A stretch of DNA of 63,961 bases, counting the filler, from Octopus bimaculoides (taxonomy: Eukaryota), in the NCBI RefSeq assembly GCF_001194135.2. It is 6 parts of 5 records of this genome, joined end to end, with 100 filler letters (N's around TTAATTAATTAA, not from the genome) between each part and the next. Parts side by side here need not be neighbours in the genome. Positions count along the whole stretch, not along the records: positions 31,546 to 51,328 come from NC_068982.1; positions 51,429 to 54,277 come from NC_068996.1; 4 more parts are not named here. The stretch is one strand, 5' to 3'. Positions 39,203-52,730 of this stretch are shown here, piece by piece (within the stretch, counting starts at the first letter, position 1; every line of letters starts with the position of its first letter). Position numbers and translations under genes: made by a program. The notes beneath the pieces were generated by a model, which worked only from the letters and a program-made list of their open reading frames with translations, was not told where the DNA came from and searched no databases.

Positions 39203-39634
39203 AACAATAGCAAATAAGAAGTAGATGGATATTGAACCCACATCCAAATGATATCTTATAAGTTTTATTACCTAATAAGTGAATTATTCATCGACAGAAG
39301 GGACTCCACTTTACCCTAGTGGAACATGAAGCTATTTTTCTTTTAGTTTATTTTATTTATTTTCATTTATTCTATTTATTTATTTATCATGAATTCTCCT
39401 TACAAGAATTGTTGAGGAATGGCATCCTTGTGGGAACATGTTTTTATCGCTAAAAAATACCTCCTTCTTAGCATTAAACACTTATCAAGCCATTGCATGT
39501 ATGATCTACTCACTAGTAAAGGTAGCCAAATCTCCTTTAAACCCCACCCACACATACATACACATATATACATACAAACAAGAACGTATTCCTAAACGAA
39601 ATATGATTGAATTAATGCTTCTTGATTTAGGGTG

Positions 39635-40010
39635 GCAGCGGGCATGGTTGTGTGGTTATGAAGCTTGGTTTCGAGCCCACATGACTGTAAGTTCAGTCCC
39701 ACTGTGTGGCACCCTAGGACAATGTGTTCTACCGTAGCCCTAGGCTGACCAAAACCTTGTGAGTGGAGTTATGATAGACAGAAACTGAAAAGGCGATGAG
39801 CTGGCAGAAACGTTAGCACGCCGGGCGAAATGCTTAGTAGTACTTCGTCTGCCATTACATTCTGAGTTCAAATTCCGCCGAGGTCGACTTTGCCTTTAAT
39901 CCTTTCGCGGGCGATAAATTAAGTACTAGTTACGCACTGGGGTCGATGTAATCGACTTAATCCCTTTGTTTGTCCTATCTATGTTTAGCCCCTTGTGGGC
40001 AATAAAGAAA
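39635..40010 (+). mobile_element. SINE family B head interrupted by a full SINE family A copy (about 39791-40010)
   Basis: The family B sequence stops at GAAACTGAAA, the family A head follows directly, and GAAACTGA recurs after the family A tail. Confidence 0.8.
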
Positions 40011-40809
40011 TAGGAAACTGACCCCCCCCCNNNNNNNNNNNNNNNNNNNNNNNNNNNNNNNNNNNNNNNNNNNNNNNNNNNNNNNNNNNNNNNNNNNNNN
40101 NNNNNNNNNNNNNNNNNNNNNNNNNNNNNNNNNNNNNNNNNNNNNNNNNNNNNNNNNNNNNNNNNNNNNNNNNNNNNNNNNNNNNNNNNNNNNNNNNNNN
40201 NNNNNNNNNNNNNNNNNNNNNNNNNNNNNNNNNNNNNNNNNNNNNNNNNNNNNNNNNNNNNNNNNNNNNNNNNNNNNNNNNNNNNNNNNNNNNNNNNNNN
40301 NNNNNNNNNNNNNNNNNNNNNNNNNNNNNNNNNNNNNNNNNNNNNNNNNNNNNNNNNNNNNNNNNNNNNNNNNNNNNNNNNNNNNNNNNNNNNNNNNNNN
40401 NNNNNNNNNNNNNNNNNNNNNNNNNNNNNNNNNNNNNNNNNNNNNNNNNNNNNNNNNNNNNNNNNNNNNNNNNNNNNNNNNNNNNNNNNNNNNNNNNNNN
40501 NNNNNNNNNNNNNNNNNNNNNNNNNNNNNNNNNNNNNNNNNNNNNNNNNNNNNNNNNNNNNNNNNNNNNNNNNNNNNNNNNNNNNNNNNNNNNNNNNNNN
40601 NNNNNNNNNNNNNNNNNNNNNNNNNNNNNNNNNNNNNNNNNNNNNNNNNNNNNNNNNNNNNNNNNNNNNNNNNNNNNNNNNNNNNNNNNNNNNNNNNNNN
40701 NNNNNNNNNNNNNNNNNNNNNNNNNNNNNNNNNNNNNNNNNNNNNNNNNNNNNNNNNNNNNNNNNNNNNNNNNNNCTTAACCAATGTCATCTGATACAGG
40801 GAACGGTAG

Positions 40810-41025
40810 ACGTTAAAACGATGACAATGATGATGCTGATGATGAGGAGGCTGATGACGTTGATGAGATTGATGATGATGAAGTTGATAATGAGGATGAT
40901 GATGATGCTGCTGCTGATGATGATGACGATGACGACGACGATGATGATGACGATGACGATGACGACGATGACGATGACGATGATAATGATGGTGGTGGTG
41001 GTGGTGGTGATGATGATGATGATAT
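40810..41025. repeat. (GAT/GAC/GGT)n compound array
   Basis: Direct reading of the sequence. Confidence 0.93.
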
Positions 41026-41349
41026 ACAAGGTCAGCAATTTTGAGGGAAAGGGTGTAAGTCGATTATATTAACCTCAGATTTATGTTTCATCAATCTCAA
41101 GAGGATGTTAAAACAAAGATGATCACAGTGGGATTTGAACTCGGAGCATAAAGAGCCGAAACAAATACCATGAGGCAATTTTTCCCATGTTCCAATGATC
41201 CACCCACCCATCCATCCTTTCATCGATCCTTCCATCCATTTATCCTTTCATCCATACATTCTTCCAGCTATCTATACATTCATGCACACAGACACACAAA
41301 CACACACATGCACACGCGCACACACAACACAAACACACACACATAAAGA

Positions 41350-41700
41350 CACACATATGCAATCACATATACACACGCACGCACATATGCAACCACACAC
41401 ACACATATGCAACCACACACACACACATATGCAACCACACACACACATATGCAATCACATACACACGCATACACATATGCAATCACACACACATATGCAA
41501 TCAGACGCACACAGACACACACATGTAATCACACACACACGCGCACACATGCAATCATACACACACACGCACATTCATACACATGCAATAACATACACAC
41601 ACACATATGAAACCACACACACACACACACCACATGCAATCACATACACACGCACACACATATGCAATCACACACACACACACACACACATGCAATCACA
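41350..41700. repeat. Microsatellite-derived minisatellite, unit approximately ATGCAA(C/T)CA(CA)n of about 20-24 bp
   Basis: (AT)ATGCAA recurs more than ten times within CA runs. Confidence 0.85.
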
Positions 41701-42662
41701 ATATAAGCATGTACGTACAGTTACGTACATACACAACCTTTACAGCGACATATAACTATCCGCATGTACATACATACATACATACACATACAAATACATA
41801 AATACATGAACACTCATAAAGTAGAAATATATATAAATATATATATAGGGAAAATGCAGGGCAACTTCAGTATTGTAAAGAGAGTGTAATACAAAAATAC
41901 ATAATGTATGTTATCAACACTACCAGCCTGCCATCCACGTTGGTATGTTTGTGTCAAGTTTTACTGAAAATAATATTTTCCCATTCTTACTGACATTAAT
42001 TTCATTACAAAATAAACAAAGCATTGCACCCCCCCCACCAACCCACCCCTGCATACACAAACACACATACACACATGCACACGCACACACACACAAAGAT
42101 CAGTGCTGGGCATGTGTGACTATGTGGGAGAGTGAGTATGTGTGTGTGCGTGTGTGTGTATCTTCATTTACACTACTACACANNNNNNNNNNNNNNNNNN
42201 NNNNNNNNNNNNNNNNNNNNNNNNNNNNNNNNNNNNNNNNNNNNNNNNNNNNNNNNNNNNNNNNNNNNNNNNNNNNNNNNNNNNNNNNNNNNNNNNNNNN
42301 NNNNNNNNNNNNNNNNNNNNNNNNNNNNNNNNNNNNNNNATATATATATATATATAGTGTATATAAATGTGTAGTAGTATATATATATATATATATATAC
42401 ATATACACACACACACACACACTTCTATATATATCTATATACATATATAATATACACATTCATATACAATCACACACATACGTACACATACACACACACA
42501 CATATATATAGCTTGTATACGTAAGTATACATTCATAAGTAAGTTTGTAGTAGACAAGTAATAAAATAAATAATACAAACAATAAAGTAACACACAATAC
42601 AGAAAAAAAACACGCCTAGAAACAGACTACTATATTGTATATATGTATATGCATGTGTGTGT

Positions 42663-42707
<45 letters not shown>

Positions 42708-42817
42708 AGGATATGCAGAAACATGCAAATATGCGAAAATACTCTAAGACATCTTACCTAAATATACATACCTGTGTGGGTGAGTATATACGTATGTTTA
42801 CTTAACATATATTATAT

Positions 42818-42862
<45 letters not shown>

Positions 42863-42990
42863 CACATACGCACATTCATACTTGTATGTATATACGTACA
42901 CACACGTACACACACACACACACTTGGATACACATTTAGAAACCTGTGGGTTTCATTGAGAGCTTGAGAGCCGAAACATGGATATATAAA

Positions 42991-43025
<35 letters not shown>

Positions 43026-44181
43026 AAACATTCACATATACACACATACAAACACACACACACTCACACCTACATATATAGACACTCATACATTTATCTC
43101 TTTATATACATTTATACACATAAGCAGGATAAAAATAAATTTTGGTAAGAATTGCTGCCAACAGAGTGTAGTGTACTGTTGAAGCATATATAATTAGGTA
43201 TATATATACATATACATTAATTACCCCCACACACGCAGACATAGATGTACCTCAAAAGCGGGTAGTTACTGATTCACGCAGTCATATATGTATTTGTGGG
43301 TATGTGTGCGTGTTTGTGTATGTAAAGACTTTTATGTATAGATACATAGAATAATATAGACGTTCATATAGCTACACACACACACACACGTGTGTGTGTG
43401 TGTGTGTGCAATAATTTGAGCACTGTGAAGAATAAGAGACGAAAGTTCAAGTAAAATAGGCAGAAAAGGGTGATAACAAAGAAACGAAGTTTTACGGGCG
43501 ATGCGAGAGAGCGGGAGAATGAAATATCTTGCCAACACAGAAAGGAGCTTACAATAAAAGGCGGGAACGTGTAAAAACCGAACAGAAATTACATGACGAC
43601 AAAATGAGATATATTCAAGCCCCTCTTCAAGACTAATCTAAAGTTTCTGTTGTTTCGAACCCTTTGTGCGGGACACATAATCTGTTGAGTGGGATTCAAA
43701 GCTATAGATCGAGACACTTGGGTATAAATATCACAGAAGAATATATATGTAACTTGTATAGTACCTTCATAAACAGGGCAAGTTTAGCTGTTTCTATGTA
43801 GATCGAAAAAAAATGTGGAATGATCTTAATCGATTTTTTAACTTTGTTGGATTCGCATCATAGGCGTCTATATCAATTTGATTAATCCCAGCGAAATAAG
43901 CAGACAATCTGAGAAAAGTTTGTCCCGTTAGTAACGTCACAACTTTTTCTATCTATCTATCTATCTATCTGTCTGTCTGTCTGTCTGTCTGTCTATATAG
44001 ATGTATAGATATGTGTGTGTTTGTGTGTGTGTGTGTGTTTGTATGTAGTATTTGTGGCTCGTAGAATAAACGTAGCTCGTCAGGTACCAGATGAGCTACT
44101 TTTATTCTACGAGGCACTGAAACTAACATGTATTCTCTATCAAATGTGTTGAGTGCCACTTTCTTTCGTTTGTCCACTCGT

Positions 44182-44216
<35 letters not shown>

Positions 44217-44460
44217 TGGAGAGAGCGGCGAGAGGAGAACCTTTTTCAAGGATTGAGAACAGCTTTTGGAAACAATAAAAAAGCTATTTATTGAGCCGGA
44301 GAGAGAGACAGATCATGCAGAGAGAAAGAAAGAAAACTTAGGAGTGTGGAGATGGAAGACGGAAGGAAAATATAATTGGAAAAGAAAGAGGAGGATGGAT
44401 AGGTTTAGACTAGAAATGGTGAGCTGGAATAATAATAAAAAGAGAAGAAAAGAAAACCAG

Positions 44461-44764
44461 CACTCAACGATGAGGGTTCCACTTGATTCGACCAACCTGT
44501 TTGTGAAATTAACCTCCATGTGACTGAGCGCTCCGCAGACACGCATACCCTTAATGTAGTTCTCAGGGAGATCGAGCGTGCCACAGAGTATGACAAGGCT
44601 GGCCATTTGAAATAGAGGTACTACTCATTTTTGCCAGCTGAGTGGGCTGGGGAAACATGAAATAAAGTGTCTTACTCCAGGACACAACGCGCCACCGGGA
44701 ATCGAACACCACGACCTTACGATCGCGAGCCAAATACCGTAACCACTAAGCCACGCGCCTTCAC
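44461..44764 (-). mobile_element. SINE family C variant, minus strand
   Basis: tRNA-like head (TGGCTTAGTGGTTA; GTTCGATTCCC); 3' half shared with 45140-45521. Confidence 0.85.
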
Positions 44765-45139
44765 AGAAGAGTAGAATACAATCTAAAAGAAAGATAAGAC
44801 GTTGATTTTTCTTTTTGTCTGGTCAATGACCGCGGTAAGCAGCTTGTCAAGAGCATTAATCACAAATGCATTTATACATTTGGGATTGAACCGTTGGAAT
44901 TCCGCTGCTGGTTAGGAAATGTTTACACGTATGTACGCACACACATACACCGATGAATAACAGAAGTGCAGACGCATAGATGAGATCATATGTACACATG
45001 GGCAATTAAAGGCAGGCAATCAGGTCTGATGTTCTCGGTTGGTAAACGATAATATGTGTACATGTAGATGCCCTTCTGCAAACAGTGTGGGTTCACTAAT
45101 GTGCTAGCATGTAAATGTATACTTATACGCAGCCATAGT

Positions 45140-45521
45140 GGAGGCGCAATGGCCCAGTGGTTAGGGCAGTGAACTCGCGGTCATAGGATCGCTGTTTCGA
45201 TTCCCAGACCGGGCGTTGTGAGTGTTTATTGAACGAAAACACCTAAAGCTCCACGAGGCTCCGGCAGGGGATGGTGGCGAACCCTACTGTACTCCTTCAC
45301 CACAACCTTCTCTCACTCTTTCTTCCTGTTTCTGTTGTACCTGTAATTCAAAGGGCCAGCCTTGTCACACTCTGTGTCATACTGAATATCCCCGAGAACT
45401 ACGTTAAGGGTATACGTGTCTGTGGAGTGCTCAGCCACTTGCACGTTAATTTCACGAGCAGGCTGTTCCGTTGATCGGACCAACTGGAACCCTCGTCGTC
45501 GTAAGCGACGGCGTGCCAACA
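45140..45521 (+). mobile_element. Full-length SINE family C with perfect 15-bp TSD
   Basis: A-box-like TGGCCCAGTGG and B-box-like GTTTCGATTCC; ATACGCAGCCATAGT at 45125-45139 and 45522-45536. Confidence 0.93.
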
Positions 45522-45666
45522 ATACGCAGCCATAGTAATATGTATACACACACACACATAAATAGTGTCCGGGCTAAATTTAAGTTTGGATGAAAGGAAC
45601 GGAAAACATCGTATCTTATCCAAAAGTAAGAGTAGCTTTAAAAGAATCGAAAAGTATCAACCAGAT

Positions 45667-45740
45667 CAGCGTTTCTCAACCGGGGTTCCCCGGAACCCTA
45701 GGGTTCCACAAATGGTTCCTAGGTGTTCCACGAGAAAGAC
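45667..45740 (+). mobile_element. hAT (Charlie-like) left end
   Basis: CAGCGTTTCTCAACCGGGGTTCC start with repeated GGGTTCC subterminal motifs; no right end found. Confidence 0.55.
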
Positions 45741-46149
45741 TGAGATAGGCTAATGCTAATTTCATGATCGTAGTATTACTATACATGCACAATATGGCTG
45801 GGAGATGAATTCGCTTAGCTTTCACTACGACCTCAAGACGACTTCAAAACCTTATGCATACGTTTCTCGATTACAGGGAAGTTCGCTGCCATCAATTCAC
45901 TATGAAGAAAATTCACCGTGAGGAAAATATATCCATAGTTGTTGTTGTGACTCTCCCTAGACACAACAATATGTATGTGTGTGTGTGTGTGTGTGTGTGT
46001 ATATAGATATATCGCAGTAGTTTTCTGACGAACGCTTACGTGAAGCTCTGAATAGCATTTTCTGAAATTTTGGAGGCTTTAATAAAATGTGTTTGTGTNN
46101 NNNNNNNNNNNNNNNNNNNNNNNNNNNNNNNNNNNNNNNNNNNNNNNNN

Positions 46150-46200
<51 letters not shown>

Positions 46201-47030
46201 TGTTTGTGTGTGTGTTTGTGTTTGTGTTTGTGTGTGTGTGTGTTCGCGCGCGCGTTGCGTACGTGTGTGTGCACGTGTGTGTGAGTGTGTATGCCTCCGT
46301 GTACATTACTCTGCCCTACCATCACTTGATAACCATTATTGGTTCATTTATGTCACCTTTGTCTAATGGTTTGTCAAAAGAGACCGACGGCGTATGAACC
46401 TGACTTAGAATAAATACTAGAATCAATTTTTCGACAAAACCCCTAGGATGGTGCCCCTAAGCGTGGCCGTAGTTCAATGACTGAAACAAAAGATAAACCC
46501 TCTAATCGTACCCCTGCATTTCACAACCAGAGTTATTCTAGTTGTACAAGAAATACTCCTTTGGATAAAGCAATTGCACTTCAAGCAGGATCTGCTACCC
46601 GATTTGCCTTCAGTTCTGCTCTGAACTTGTATAAACTAATTGATAGGCAAACAAACAGACAGATAAGTAGTTAGATGGATAAATAGATAGTCAGATATGT
46701 TAGCAGGTAGGTAGGTTAACAGGTAGGACGATCATCAGACAGACAGAGAAACAAAGATAGAAGAAGTGGGTAGAGAGATTAAACAGACAAACATATAGGT
46801 AGATTGTCTCAACTCACGAAATGTGACACAAACACCTGTATATACGAACACACATTCATGTCTGTGTGTGTATGTGTGTGTAATTTTACTACAGCGATGT
46901 TCCAATAGACTGCATATTACTTAACGTTCTGACTAGACAGAGAATATCTTGATAAATTAATGTTTTCTAAAATCCCAATGGAGAAAATTTATTTATGATA
47001 CAGAAAGAAAGAAAAAATAAGTGAACCAAG

Positions 47031-47179
47031 CACTAGTGTAGCTAGAGTGTGTGCCACCCGAGGCAGCTCTTCCGTTTGCCGCCCACGAACCCCACAAAAA
47101 AATACATGACCTACAGCAGACCCAAAAGTGCCGCTCGGGGCTGACCACCCCTACCGACTCACCCCCAGCTACGCTAGTG
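47031..47179. mobile_element. 149-bp hAT-type MITE with 8-bp TSD (one mismatch)
   Basis: TIRs CACTAGTGTAGCT and AGCTACGCTAGTG; flanks GAACCAAG and GAGCCAAG. Confidence 0.85.
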
Positions 47180-47258
47180 GAGCCAAGGGAAATAATTCAG
47201 GTGAGCATTAATTTAGATACATGCAGTACTAAAGTTAGTACGCAAAAGAAAATTTCAA

Positions 47259-47483
47259 CCCTTTAACATGTAAACCAACCGTATCTGGCCCAAATATTTT
47301 ACCTGTTTTATGTCCAAACTTGCCAAATCAGGTCTCTTACACCTACCCTACGACGCCATTATAAAAATTAACAATCGTGTCATTGAAATTTCGAAGCTAC
47401 GAATTGATACATCATAAATTCAAAACAACGTCAATAAACAGCCATTAACTGTGACAGAATAAGTTGAATGCTAAATGAATTGA
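47259..47483. mobile_element. Degenerate piggyBac-like MITE
   Basis: Left end CCCTTTAACATGTAAA and right end GAATGCTAAATGAATT resemble CCCTTTAGCATT...AATGCTAAAGGG ends with TTAA-like flanks. Confidence 0.55.
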
Positions 47484-47867
47484 AANNNNNNNNNNNNNNN
47501 NNNNNNNNNNNNNNNNNNNNNNNNNNNNNNNNNNNNNNNNNNNNNNNNNNNNNNNNNNNNNNNNNNNNNNNNNNNNNNNNNNNNNNNNNNNNNNNNNNNN
47601 NNNNNNNNNNNNNNNNNNNNNNNNNNNNNNNNNNNNNNNNNNNNNNNNNNNNNNNNNNNNNNNNNNNNNNNNNNNNNNNNNNNNNNNNNNNNNNNNNNNN
47701 NNNNNNNNNNNNNNNNNNNNNNNNNNNNNNNNNNNNNNNNNNNNNNNNNNNNNNNNNNNNNNNNNNNNNNNNNNNNNNNNNNNNNNNNNNNNNNNNNNNN
47801 NNNNNNNNNNNNNNNNNNNNNNNNNNNNNNNNNNNNNNNNNNNNNNNNNNNNNNNNNNNNNNNNNNG

Positions 47868-48106
47868 TTCATGGCCCCTGCTCGATGCGTTTGGTCATCA
47901 TGCGTGGAAACGTAAATCCGATGAAGGCACACAACATGTCTGTGCTCTTGGCGTAGCAGTCGGGAACTGATGCGGCCTATCAGCGCGAAAATTTTCGCTC
48001 ATGCACAGGAAGGGTGGCGTCATCTTCAGCCCAAAGGATTTTTGCCACGTCACATTAGTTTTGGCGGGAATAAATAAATTCGGTTACTTTTTGAAAGCAT
48101 CTCGTA
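47868..48106 (-). mobile_element. 5' end of a second mariner element, remainder in gap
   Basis: Reverse complement starts TACGAGATGCTTTCAAAAAGTAACCG (mariner-like TIR) and leads to MMTKRIEQ. Confidence 0.65.
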
Positions 48107-48108
48107 TA

Positions 48109-49325
48109 TACGAGGAGATACCCCAAAGTAACAGGAAGCGTTCACTGTGGGACAAGCCTGTTGTAGTTCAGGCTTTCGCCACGAGAAGCCACTTGATGCA
48201 ACCCTCAGGCATCAGTCTGCCAACTGACGTCGTCAAGCAAAGTCGTACTGCCACGTGGTGCGCCTTTGTTTTGCAGTTGTCATGCCTCAAACAACTTACA
48301 AGGATGTTGCCATGAGCAAAACACAAGTTTACGTGAGGTTTTCACGCTTTAGGGATGGTCACTTGTCGCATGAAGACCAACCTCGTTCAGAGCGACCGTC
48401 GATCTCCCGAACGAATGAAAACATCACGAAAATTCATGAACTGATCTTGGAGGACCGTCACCGAACAATTGACAAACTTGTTGATATGAATGGTGTATCA
48501 TGGAGCTCACACCAACGAATTTTGAGCGAGGAGCTCCGAATGAAAAGAGTCGCTGCAAAATTTGTGCCTCGCTTGCTCACGGAAGATCAAAAGCAGTCAC
48601 CACTGGACACGTGTCGTGAACTGAAAGAACAGTTAGAAGTTGACCTTTCGAAGGTCATAATTGGTGACGAAAGCTGGTGCTACAGCTACGACCAGGAAAC
48701 GAAGCAGTAAGTCAATGGAAGCATTCGATGTCACCACGCCCCCAAAACGTATGTCAAGTGAGGTCCAATATCAAGACGATGCTGATTTGTTTCATCGATG
48801 CGAAAGGAATTGTCCGCACAGAATTAGTTCCTCCTGGTCAAACTGTTAACTAGACATTTTACTTGCCAGTTCTGAAGCATTTGCAAGACGAAGTGAGACG
48901 AAAATGCCTCGACCTGTGACTAAGTGAAGAGTGATGGTTCCATCACGACAATGCACCTGCAGACACCGCCTTGAGTGTGAGACAGTTTTTAACCAAAAAA
49001 TGGTATGACACCGCTTACCCAACTTCTCTATTCATCCGATTTTGCTACCTGCGACATGTTTTCTTTTTTTTTTTCCGAATAAAAAAAGACCTTAAGGAAA
49101 AATGTTTTGCAGATGTGGAAGAAGTGAAGAAAAAAACGGCGGGAGGCGTTCGAAGCATCACTTCGGAAGCGTTCCAGGACTGCTTCGAACAGTGGAAAAC
49201 GCGTCTGGACCGATGCATTGTTTCTAATGAAGAATACTTTGAAGGCGGTAAAAGTGTAAACATGTAAAACTAAGTGAATAAAATAATATTGCAAAATTCC
49301 GGTTTCTTTTGGGTACCTCCTCGTA
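48109..49325 (+). mobile_element. Near-complete decayed mariner transposon (DD34D)
   Basis: TIRs TACGAGGAGATACCCCAAAG and CTTTTGGGTACCTCCTCGTA; AAKFVPRLL, GDESW, HHDNAPA, YSSDFATCD; 34 residues between the second and third Asp after correcting one frameshift. Confidence 0.92.
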
Positions 49326-50714
49326 CATGACGGTCTTATTTCAGTTTTCGTCAACCAAATCCACTTACAAGGCATGAAGTGACCCGGGGCTAGAGTAGAA
49401 GGAACTTGCTATACTAGAAGGTGCCGCACAGTGGGACTGAACCCAAGACCACATGGTTGCAAAGCAAGCTTCTTATCATACAGCCACGCCTGCGCATATC
49501 ATAAGAATTCTTCTAAGCTGACTTATGGAAAGGATTAAAAACAGTAAACCAATACCGGAACTAAAATAACTTAGCGTAAAATTAAAAAACGTACTCAGAT
49601 TTTAAACTGCATGGTAAGACAAGAGTGTTATGTGGTTGTATTACAAAAACATTAACTCTTCTGCTTCCGATGATTGTCATGTTTTGCATCTTGTGAATGT
49701 GTGTGGACAAGAAAGGGGTAGGACGAAAAGTTTGCTGCATATTATCTCATAGTGATAAGGCTTTTGTTGATAATTTGTTTTATCAATACCGAATGCATAC
49801 TCCACGTGTTTAAGCACGGCATCTGCCTGGTGTACACAAATTTGCTTCTTATATGTGCATGTATTTTTACATTGCGTGTATATGTATATATGGATAAACA
49901 CACACGCTCACACACACACACACACATTACATATATACACACAGAGTTGCGTGTATGTGTGTATGAAGATGTAGAAACGTGTGTTTCATTAAAGCACAAC
50001 TATGTATGTACATTTATATCCAAATCTGAACTCATACACAAATATACATGTGTATGTAGAGGTCTTAGTCAACGCAATTACACATCTATCTATCTATCTA
50101 TCTATTTATCTATCTATCTATTTATCTATCTATCTACACACACGGTTCACTATGAAAGGTGCAGAAGTGACGTTCTCCGAATGAATTAAAAGGTATTATA
50201 GTCCAACTGTAGAGAGAAATCCATGAATCAGGTATTCCAAATCAGTCGGAAGGACGGGGACATACGTACACACACACACACACACACACCAATTCAGCTT
50301 GCTTGTAGAAAGCCCGTCTGCGTTTATCGGCTATCAGACATAATTTGTCAGGAAATATCGATTTGGAAATTCATGCGTCGGCAGGATTTGAACTCAGAAT
50401 ATTCGAAGCCGGAACAAATATCGAATGACGTTTTTTTTCTGTACTCTAACGATTCTGACAACTTGCACCGATACCGCTTGATATTTCATGATGCGCGTTA
50501 GAATAGGTTTGCTTCAGATTTGTACGCTATAAAGTGTCTTCATTGTCGGTACAATATGTGTATACAAACATCATATTCCATACTTATATACCATATATCA
50601 ATTACCAATTTTAGAGAAGCTTTAAATAGACCCCCTGAAGGAAGATACTTTTTCAATCTGACCTTAGTTAATGACTGGTTCTCATTTCTCCTCTGATTAA
50701 AGGCAGTACAATGA

Positions 50715-51300
50715 CAGCGGACTCGTTGGCGCATTAGAAGAGAATGCTTTGCTGTATTTGTTCCAGATCTCTGAGTTCTAAATTCAAATTGTGTTCATTA
50801 AATCCAGAGGTCCAGTTTGCATTTCAACCGTTCAGGGTCGATAAATAAATACCGTTCAAAATGCCTTCTGATATTTCTTCTGATTCTGTACATTCTGAGT
50901 TCAATTCCAGCCGAGGTAAAATTTGTCGTTCATTCTTTCGGGGGTCAGCAAAATAAAGCACCAATCAAATACTGGGTCCATGTAATCAACTAATCTCTTC
51001 CTCCTAAAATTGCTGGCATTGTGCCTATTTGGCAGAATCATTAGCACGCCGGACAAAATGTTTAGCGGCATTTCGTCCGTCCTTACATTCTGAATTCGAA
51101 TTCCACCGAGGTCAGCTTTGCCTTTCACCCTTTAGGGGTCGATAAATAAGCACCAGTTGAACACTGGGGTTGATTGCACCAACTAGCCCCGCCCCACAAA
51201 GTTTCAAGCCTTGTGTCAATAGCAGAAAGAGTTATTATGACGGCGAGCTGGCAAAATCGTTAGCACAGTTGACAACAAGCTTAGCGGCCTGATTTAACGT
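50715..51300 (+). mobile_element. Cluster of about four tandem, partly truncated SINE family A copies
   Basis: Repeated TTCTGAG/ATTCAAATT..GGGGTCGATAAATAA..CACTGGG modules. Confidence 0.8.
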
Positions 51301-51719
51301 TTTGAACACAAACGTAGCTGGGGGCGGTNNNNNNNNNNNNNNNNNNNNNNNNNNNNNNNNNNNNNNNNNNNNTTAATTAATTAANNNNNNNNNNNNNNNN
51401 NNNNNNNNNNNNNNNNNNNNNNNNNNNNTAATTGAGTTTGTCAGGTATGTGTAAACCCGCATAACGTCTGGAGTTCACAATTGATAGTTTCCCTTACCGC
51501 CAGCGCTGTTAATCCACTGGACGTTTTTCATCTTTTTAAAATATTGAAATTAATTAATGTTTTTCATAAGCAATTAATTATTAACATAACAGCGTTATCT
51601 CAATTCATTGTATGTATTTCTTAAAATTTGCTAAGATATTGATATTATTTACCTCTCTTATTGTAATTTCATTATTAACATACAATTGTCTTTTCATTTT
51701 ATTAAATCATATTTCTTGG

Positions 51720-52362
51720 CTCCAAGGAGGAAGCGTTCCATTGGTCGAAAAATTATCAGTCTCAATTGGCTGTGTGAAAGAGCAATATTGGCTCCCCCCC
51801 CCAAAAAAAAACAGCATTGTAAGTAAAATAAATCAGCAGCTACTGGAGTACCTTCATGGTCAGTTGATACAATCAGTTGATACAAACCTCAATCCAGAAG
51901 AGGTGGTAACTTATCCAATAGAATTTCTCAATTCATTGGAGCCTCTAGGACTACCTCCCAACAGACTGGAACTTAAAGCAGGAACTCCAGTAATGTTATT
52001 CAGAAATTTGGATCTATCAACACTTTGCAATGGGACACGCCTAGTGGTATGGAAGATGGTCCGACATGTTACTGGATGTGGAAAAGGAGATGTTCCATAC
52101 CCAGAATTTCTCTCATTCTATTGGGAGCAGAAATTCCTTTTTCATTCAGAAGAGTGCAATTTCTTATTCGTATCAGCTTTGCAATGTCTATCAATAAATA
52201 CCAGGGTCAAACACTGCCTGTTGTAGGACTTCACTTGGAAGAGTCGTGCTTCTCATACGGGCTATTAAATGTTGGCTGCTCTAGAATGGGAAGCCAAAAA
52301 TGTTTATTTGCATTTGTTCCATAAGGGAAACAAAGACTATTGTTTACCAAGAGGTTTTGTAG
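51720..52362 (+). mobile_element. Helitron RepHel C-terminal PIF1-family helicase fragment
   Basis: YPIEFLNSLEPLGLPPNRLELKAGTPVMLFRNL..LCNGTRL; IPRISL; RVQF..FAMSINKYQGQTL; SRM; ends TKTIVYQEVL*. Frameshifted. Confidence 0.9.
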
Positions 52363-52547
52363 GAATTACATCCTGCGATGCGCTCCAGTATCCACTGCTC
52401 TTTGTGAATGGTGAAGATGGATAACATTTCGGCATGATATCAACAAACCCAAAGACTGCATAAATTTCAGTATCAAAGCATATTCTCCATGTACACCCAC
52501 CAACCACACGTAAGTCAATACGCCTTATTTTTTCAAGTAATACATTA

Positions 52548-52730
52548 CAGTAATCCGTCGATTATCGCGAATATTACGTTCCAAAACCCTTGTAATAGGT
52601 GAAAACGTAGAAACAATACTGTATATTTTTTATTATTATTTTTATAATTTGCATATATTTTATTATAGATGTAAAACAACACCATGGAAGAATCGATCTA
52701 AGCTTAAATAATAATCCGCGATAGGTAAAC
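52548..52730 (+). mobile_element. Tigger/pogo-like terminal fragment
   Basis: TA|CAGTAATCCGTCGATTATCGCG start with GCGATAGGT(G/A)AA subterminal motifs. Confidence 0.6.
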
